From NCBI GenBank assembly GCA_945929875.1, contig CAMEOO010000001.1:6574-70573 (forward strand): a stretch of DNA of 64,000 nt, given 5' to 3'. This DNA comes from an uncultured Bacillales bacterium. Lineage in GTDB: Bacteria; Bacillota_I; Bacilli_A; RFN20; CAG-449. This document shows, piece by piece, positions 58,677 to 64,000 of the stretch. The notes beneath the pieces are model-generated. The model was not told the origin of the DNA, did not search any database, and saw only the letters and a list, made by a program, of their open reading frames with translations. Within the stretch, counting starts at the first letter, position 1. The number at the start of each line of letters is the position of its first letter. The position numbers were made by a program, and so were the translations under genes.

Positions 58677-60842
58677 TTAATTTGCGTCCTTTAATGATAG
58701 ACCAATTTTTTTCTTATTTACATCGACAGAAATAACTTTTACCTTAACAATTTGACCGATTTTTACTACATCTAAAGGATGCTTTACATAATTATTTGAA
58801 AGTTGAGAAATATGGATCAATCCATCTTGATGAACACCAATGTCGACAAAGGCACCAAAATCGATAATATTTCTAATAGTTCCTTCTAATATCATCCCTA
58901 CTTTTAGCATAGAAATATCAGTTATATCATTTTTTAATTTTGCCTTAATATTTAAATCTCTAATATCTCTTCCTGGCTTTTTAAGTTCTTGAATGATATC
59001 ATTTAATGTTTCTTCACCGACATTTAATAATTTAGATGTTTTTACAACATCTAAAGAATCTAATTTTGTAGATAAACTATCTGTTCCAATTTCTTCTAAA
59101 GAAGAAGATATTAAATCTAAAAGATTTAAAGTAGTTTGATAAGATTCAGGATGAATACCCGTATTATCTAGTTTATAACCATTATTAATTCTTAAAAAAC
59201 CAGCGCATTGTTCAAAGGCTTTCTTACCAAGTTTTGGGACATTTAATAGCTCTTTTCTATTTTTAAAAGGACCATTTTCTTCTTTATATTTTACGATGTT
59301 TTCCGCGATAGAAGAATTGATTCCAGACACGTAATTTAAAAGTGATGGACTAGCGTTATTGACATCCACTCCAACTTGGTTAACACAATTTTCAACGACA
59401 CCACCTAGGGCTTCAGAAAGATGCTTTTGATTCATATCGTGTTGATATTGTCCTACACCAATAGATTTAGGGTCAATTTTTACAAGTTCCGCGAGAGGAT
59501 CTTGAACTCTTCTTGCTAAAGAGATGGCACTTCTAACACTGACGTCAAGTTGAGGAAATTCTTTAATACCTAGTTTAGAAGCAGAATATACTGAAGCACC
59601 TGCTTCATTAGTGATGATATATTCTACTTTACTTTTTAAATCAGGGTGGCGATCAAATAGATATTTATTTAAAAATGCTTCACTTTCTCGACTTGCAGTC
59701 CCATTACCTAAGGATATCAATGAAACATTATATTTATTAATTAATGCGTATAATCGATCTGCTTCTTTATTAAATAGATCTTCACTTCCTAAAGTAACAT
59801 GACAGACGCCAGTATAAAGCATTATCCCTTCTTGATTGACGATGCCTAATTTACAACCAGTTCTAAATCCTGGGTCAAAGCCTAGAACGACTTTTCCATG
59901 AATTGGTGCTTCTAAAAGCAACTCTTTTAGATTTTGTTTAAATACTTCAATTGATGAGTTTTCACTAACTTCGGTTAAATCGTTTCTAATTTCATTTTCA
60001 ATAGATGGTTTAATTAATCTTGTATAACTATCTAATATAGTATCTTTTAGAATTTCTTGGAAAGGAGAATTGTTTTTTATTACTTTTTTTTCAATATATG
60101 CAACATTCTCTTCTAAAGGATCTTCAATAGTTACTTTTAATATCCAATTCTTTTCTCCTCGATTTAAGGCTAAAACTCTGTGTGCAGGAATTTTATTGAT
60201 TTTTTCTTGATAGTCGTAATATTGTTCAAAGACGACTTTATCTGTTTCATCCTTGACTTTTATTGATTTGATTAGACCTTTATTAAAGGTATTTTTTCTG
60301 ATAAATTTTCGATAATTTGGATCATCAGAAATCTTTTCAGCAATAATATCTTTAGCGCCTTGAAGAGCTTCTTCTTTACTATTTACAGATTTTTCTTCAC
60401 TAATAAATTCTTCTAGATATTGATCAAGATCTCTAGTCTGTTTTTGTTCATATAGATAATTTGCTAAAGGTTCAAGCCCTTTTTGTTTAGCAACGCTTGC
60501 TCTAGTCTTCTTTTTTGGTTTATATGGTCGATAAATATCTTCAAGCTCGGCTAAAGTTTTAGCCCCTAAAAGCGACTTTTCAATCTCATCGTTATATAAT
60601 CCTTGCTCCTCAATAGAGCTAACAATCGTATCAAAGCGATCATAAAAATTTAAATAATAATGATATTTTTCATCAAAAGTACGTAGAGTTTCATCAGTCA
60701 TTGAATTAGTTCTTTCCTTTCGATATCGAGCGATAAAAGGAATAGTGTCTCCTTGATCAAGCATTTCAATTACATTGTCTACTTGACTTTTTGATAAATT
60801 TAAATCTTCTTGTAGTTTTTCTTTAATTAAATCAATATGCAT
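58677..60842 (-). CDS. tex: transcription accessory protein Tex (S1 RNA-binding domain protein)
   Basis: 721 aa with the characteristic N-terminus ...IPFIARYRKERT, YqgF and HhH domains, and a C-terminal S1 domain (GMILEGTIRNIIDFGAFVDIG). Confidence 0.9.
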   Translation of the reverse strand: MHIDLIKEKLQEDLNLSKSQVDNVIEMLDQGDTIPFIARYRKERTNSMTDETLRTFDEKYHYYLNFYDRFDTIVSSIEEQGLYNDEIEKSLLGAKTLAELEDIYRPYKPKKKTRASVAKQKGLEPLANYLYEQKQTRDLDQYLEEFISEEKSVNSKEEALQGAKDIIAEKISDDPNYRKFIRKNTFNKGLIKSIKVKDETDKVVFEQYYDYQEKINKIPAHRVLALNRGEKNWILKVTIEDPLEENVAYIEKKVIKNNSPFQEILKDTILDSYTRLIKPSIENEIRNDLTEVSENSSIEVFKQNLKELLLEAPIHGKVVLGFDPGFRTGCKLGIVNQEGIMLYTGVCHVTLGSEDLFNKEADRLYALINKYNVSLISLGNGTASRESEAFLNKYLFDRHPDLKSKVEYIITNEAGASVYSASKLGIKEFPQLDVSVRSAISLARRVQDPLAELVKIDPKSIGVGQYQHDMNQKHLSEALGGVVENCVNQVGVDVNNASPSLLNYVSGINSSIAENIVKYKEENGPFKNRKELLNVPKLGKKAFEQCAGFLRINNGYKLDNTGIHPESYQTTLNLLDLISSSLEEIGTDSLSTKLDSLDVVKTSKLLNVGEETLNDIIQELKKPGRDIRDLNIKAKLKNDITDISMLKVGMILEGTIRNIIDFGAFVDIGVHQDGLIHISQLSNNYVKHPLDVVKIGQIVKVKVISVDVNKKKIGLSLKDAN

Positions 60843-60855
60843 TTTAATTCTCCCA

Positions 60856-61347
60856 TTATAATTGTGTAAAACTATCTACCTGATAAACTAATTCTTTATT
60901 TTCTTCATTCGTATAAGAAATGTATAAATAAAATATTTCATTTTTTAAAGTAGTTTTATACGACAAATTGTAACCTGAATAATCTCCTTGTTCAACATTC
61001 CTTTCTTTGGCTAGATTTAGCCTAGAAGAATAACCAATACAAGGCAATATATTATTATTATTATTTTGATAATTGCTTGGAATCATAATGGCTTTTAAAT
61101 TTGATAAGTAAAAATCTTTATAAACGATTTGAATAGTATAAATAAACTTATTTTCGTCATTAACTAAATAAGTATTTACTTTAAATTTATCCATTTCATC
61201 TATAGTATTGAATTTATCAACATTTTGATATTTTACTACATCTTTATTATAAGAATCTAAATCAAAAGATTCTATGGTGTTCTTATATCTACTACATGAT
61301 GATAGTGACAATACTATAGCGAATAATAATAAAAACTGTTTCTTCAT
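60856..61347 (-). CDS. hypothetical lipoprotein
   Basis: Signal plus lipobox MKKQFLLLFAIVLSLSSCS. The 163-aa product is Asn/Tyr-rich. Confidence 0.55.
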   Translation of the reverse strand: MKKQFLLLFAIVLSLSSCSRYKNTIESFDLDSYNKDVVKYQNVDKFNTIDEMDKFKVNTYLVNDENKFIYTIQIVYKDFYLSNLKAIMIPSNYQNNNNNILPCIGYSSRLNLAKERNVEQGDYSGYNLSYKTTLKNEIFYLYISYTNEENKELVYQVDSFTQL

Positions 61348-61400
61348 AAAAACCTTCCTTATAAAATCATATCAAAAATATATTTTTAAGTGAACAAAAT

Positions 61401-61571
61401 TTATCGAATTATATAAACGATTAAACAAGTATATGTAATTTCCCCATTACTAATAAAAGATGAATATTTAATATCATTAATTAAACATTCATCTATTTTG
61501 CTTAAAAAATAATTTACTTGATATACTAAATCATCTTCTTCTTTAGAAGAAATTATTTCAATTTGTAGCAT
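61401..61571 (-). CDS. small ORF (56 aa), tentatively sporulation protein Cse60-like
   Basis: The minus-strand ATG at 61571..61569 is preceded by GGTGAT. The product is MLQIEIISSKEEDDLVYQVNYFLSKIDECLINDIKYSSFISNGEITYTCLIVYIIR. It follows the remembered Cse60 pattern (M.K.K.F.E.HE.DLE..VN.FL.....I.DIKY......Y.FS.LI.Y). It is below the ORF-track cutoff. Confidence 0.4.
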   Translation of the reverse strand: MLQIEIISSKEEDDLVYQVNYFLSKIDECLINDIKYSSFISNGEITYTCLIVYIIR

Positions 61572-61618
61572 CTTATCACCAAAAATATTATGCCATAAAT
61601 TTACTAAAAAATATGTCG

Positions 61619-64000
61619 TTAAATAGCAACGATATTAACAATTTTATTTTTAATGACAATAACTTTTTTAATTTCTTTTCCTTCAATTCTTGCTTTAATA
61701 GAATCAAGAGAAAGGACTTTTGATTTAATTTCTTCTTCACTTAAATCTAAATTAACTTTGATCGTATCTCTTAATTTACCATTAATTTGGATAGCAATTT
61801 CTACTTCGTTTAGTACTAATTTATTTGGATCAAAACTAGGCCAAGGTTCAAAGTCGATGATATCTTCATGACCAAGCATTTGCCAAATCTCTTCACAAAC
61901 GTGTGGGCAGATGCAACTTAGCATTTTAACAAATCCTTCGTAATATGGTTTATAAATATTTTCTTGTTTATAAACTTCATTAATAAATATCATCATCTGA
62001 CTAATTGCAGTATTAAATTGAAGGCTTTCAAAATCATCGCTAACTTTTTTAACAGTAACATTATAGATATAATCTAACTTTGAATCATTGACATCACTAA
62101 GTTTTGCTTTTAATGAGTCATCAGAAACGATTCTAAAGACTCTTTCAATGAATCTTTTTGCTCCATCAAGGCCACCCATAGACCAAGGGAGGCTAGCCTC
62201 TAGAGGGCCCATAAACATTTCATATAGCCTTAAAGAATCCGCGCCATATTTTTCAATGACGTCATCAGGATTAACAACATTCCCACGCGATTTTGACATC
62301 TTTTCCCCATTTTCACCTAAAATCATCCCTTGATGAAATAATTTCTTAAATGGTTCTTTTGTAGGAGCAAGTCCTTTATCATATAGATATTTATTCCAAA
62401 ATCTTGAGTACAATAAATGACCAACTGCATGCTCAGCACCTCCTACGTAAAGGTCGACCGGCATCCAATGTTTCAATAAATTGTAATTTGCAAATTCTTG
62501 TTCATTTTGAGGATCTATATATCTTAAATAGTACCATGATGAACCAGCGCTGCCAGGCATAGTCGAAGTTTCTCTTCTTGCCTTTTTTCCATCAATTGTG
62601 CAATTAAGCCAATCGGTAGCTTTTTCAAGTGGTGATTTCCCATCCTTAGTTCTTCCATAATCATCAAGTTCAGGAAGTACTAAAGGTAAGTCTTCATCTT
62701 TTAAAGGAACAATTTCGTCTCCAACAAATACTACTGGAATTGGTTCACCCCAATAACGTTGACGAGCAAAAATCCACTCTCTCATCTTATAATTAACTTT
62801 TTTTTCACCAATCTTATTATCTTCTAAGTATTTAAGCATTTTATCAATAGCATCTTTTTTATTTAAGCCATCTAGAAATGAAGAGTTAATGTGAACTCCA
62901 TCTCCTGTAAAAGCTTCTTTAGAAATATCTCCACCTTCTAAGACAGGAATAATTTCAAGATTAAACTTTTTAGCAAAAGCATAATCTCTTTCATCGTGTG
63001 CAGGTACCGCCATAATTGCTCCGGTTCCATAAGTTGATAACACATAATCAGAAATCCAAATTGGAATTTTTTTATTATTCACTGGATTAATTGCATATGC
63101 TCCAGTAAATACGCCAGTTTTTTCTTTATTTAATTGCGTTCTTTCTAGGTCTGATTTTTTCTGAGATTTTTCAATATAGGAGATTACTTTCTGATATTGA
63201 TCCTTTGTAGTAATCTTTTTTACTAGATAATGTTCAGGTGCAAGTACGCAATATGTTGCGCCAAAGAGAGTGTCGCATCTGGTGGTAAAAACACTAAATT
63301 TTTCATCGGTATCACTAACTTCAAAAATCACTTTAGCGCCTTCGCTTTTCCCAATCCAGTTCCTTTGAATCTCTTTTGTGGATTCAGGCCAATCAAGATC
63401 ATCTAATCCATTTAGTAAATCTTCTGCATATTTTGGAATATCAAGTACCCATTGCTTCATATTCTTTCTAACAACAGGATAGCCGCCTCTTTCACTTTTA
63501 CCATCAATGACTTCATCATTTGCTAGGACCGTACCTAATTCTTCACACCAGTTGACAGGCATATCGATTAATCTTGCATAACCATCTTCTAATAATCTTT
63601 TAAAAATCCATTGAGTCCACTTGTAATAAGAAGGATCACAAGTTGATATTTCTTTTGACCAATCAAAAGAAAAACCTAACATTTTTAATTGTCTTTTAAA
63701 ATTTTCGATATTCTTTTTTGTAAAGCCTTCTGGGTGATTTCCTGTTTTAATCGCATATTGTTCAGCAGGTAGCCCAAAAGAATCAAATCCCATTGGATGA
63801 AGGACGTTAAATCCTTGCATTCTCTTCATTCTAGAAACTATATCAGTTGCGGTATAGCCTTCAGGATGACCTACGTGAAGGCCTTGACCAGAAGGATAAG
63901 GGAACATGTCTAATGCATAATACTTAGGTTTAGAAAAATCGGAAGTATCACAATAATATGTATTATGCTCTTCCCAATATTTTTGCCATTTTTTTTCTAT
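61619..64000 (-). CDS. leuS: leucine--tRNA ligase (5' end beyond the window)
   Basis: The [19 protein letters not shown] region carries the HIGH motif, and KMSKS is present ([10 protein letters not shown]). The reading frame continues to the window edge (…[13 protein letters not shown]). Confidence 0.9.
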   Translation of the reverse strand: MEKKWQKYWEEHNTYYCDTSDFSKPKYYALDMFPYPSGQGLHVGHPEGYTATDIVSRMKRMQGFNVLHPMGFDSFGLPAEQYAIKTGNHPEGFTKKNIENFKRQLKMLGFSFDWSKEISTCDPSYYKWTQWIFKRLLEDGYARLIDMPVNWCEELGTVLANDEVIDGKSERGGYPVVRKNMKQWVLDIPKYAEDLLNGLDDLDWPESTKEIQRNWIGKSEGAKVIFEVSDTDEKFSVFTTRCDTLFGATYCVLAPEHYLVKKITTKDQYQKVISYIEKSQKKSDLERTQLNKEKTGVFTGAYAINPVNNKKIPIWISDYVLSTYGTGAIMAVPAHDERDYAFAKKFNLEIIPVLEGGDISKEAFTGDGVHINSSFLDGLNKKDAIDKMLKYLEDNKIGEKKVNYKMREWIFARQRYWGEPIPVVFVGDEIVPLKDEDLPLVLPELDDYGRTKDGKSPLEKATDWLNCTIDGKKARRETSTMPGSAGSSWYYLRYIDPQNEQEFANYNLLKHWMPVDLYVGGAEHAVGHLLYSRFWNKYLYDKGLAPTKEPFKKLFHQGMILGENGEKMSKSRGNVVNPDDVIEKYGADSLRLYEMFMGPLEASLPWSMGGLDGAKRFIERVFRIVSDDSLKAKLSDVNDSKLDYIYNVTVKKVSDDFESLQFNTAISQMMIFINEVYKQENIYKPYYEGFVKMLSCICPHVCEEIWQMLGHEDIIDFEPWPSFDPNKLVLNEVEIAIQINGKLRDTIKVNLDLSEEEIKSKVLSLDSIKARIEGKEIKKVIVIKNKIVNIVAI

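Noticed and set aside
40995-62333. Short ORFs at 40995..41231, 41623..41856, 44010..44255, 45857..46048, 49679..49876, 51857..52051, 53783..53971, 57890..58072, 58246..58578, 59611..59802, 61653..61871 and 62088..62333
   Set aside because: They are antisense to deoB, xerD, spo0A, recN, msmK, the two GH13 genes, malE, tex and leuS. They are spurious.
1-64000. CRISPR arrays, IS/transposase genes, prophage integrases, rRNA/tRNA genes, TGA-as-Trp recoding
   Set aside because: No direct-repeat arrays or transposase/integrase-like ORFs other than xerD were found, and no tRNA-like cloverleaf segments in the few gaps over 100 nt. Trp is encoded by TGG throughout, and TAA/TAG stops terminate conserved proteins at the expected lengths.

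Overview
The 64 kb window comes from a very AT-rich (about 28-30% GC) low-GC Firmicute chromosome using the standard genetic code: Trp is TGG and stops are TAA/TAG. Gene content and order are strongly Bacillus-like. About 95% of the window is coding and there is no obvious prophage, IS element, CRISPR array or rRNA/tRNA gene.

Housekeeping genes, in order:
- glycolysis: ROK glucokinase (partial), pyk, pfkA
- replication: dnaB-like/dnaI
- a yqfC-yqfD ... ybeY-cdd-era-recO block, then glyQS-dnaG-sigA-trmK
- apt-relA-rluD
- a T-box leader in front of hisS-aspS-cshA
- ispG, rpmG, efp
- yneF, plsY, parE/parC
- the yqeG-yqeH-yhbY-nadD/yqeK-rsfS block plus mtnN
- an xerD-deoB-dinB operon
- a block ordered like the B. 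subtilis recN region, in transcription order asp23-nusB-xseA-xseB-recN-spoIVB-spo0A
- a maltodextrin-type ABC/GH13 operon
- tex, and leuS (partial)

I did not find one obvious novel multi-gene system. The findings worth a second look are:
- An endospore-formation gene set is scattered through the window: spo0A, spoIVB, an uninterrupted pro-sigma-K gene, yqfC/yqfD, a SpoIIIAH-like orphan right after efp, a Cse60-like unannotated small ORF, and a Tyr/Asn/Pro-rich candidate spore-coat gene.
- A C39 bacteriocin-processing peptidase domain is fused to a polytopic membrane domain with no ABC ATPase. It sits where phoH/pgpH/dgkA lie in Bacillus.
- nadD and yqeK are fused into one reading frame.
- The MsmK-like transporter ATPase carries an extra ~270 aa of TOBE-like C-terminal domains.
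- There are several regulatory RNA structures.
- Two short genes missing from the ORF track are added: rpmG and the cse60-like ORF.
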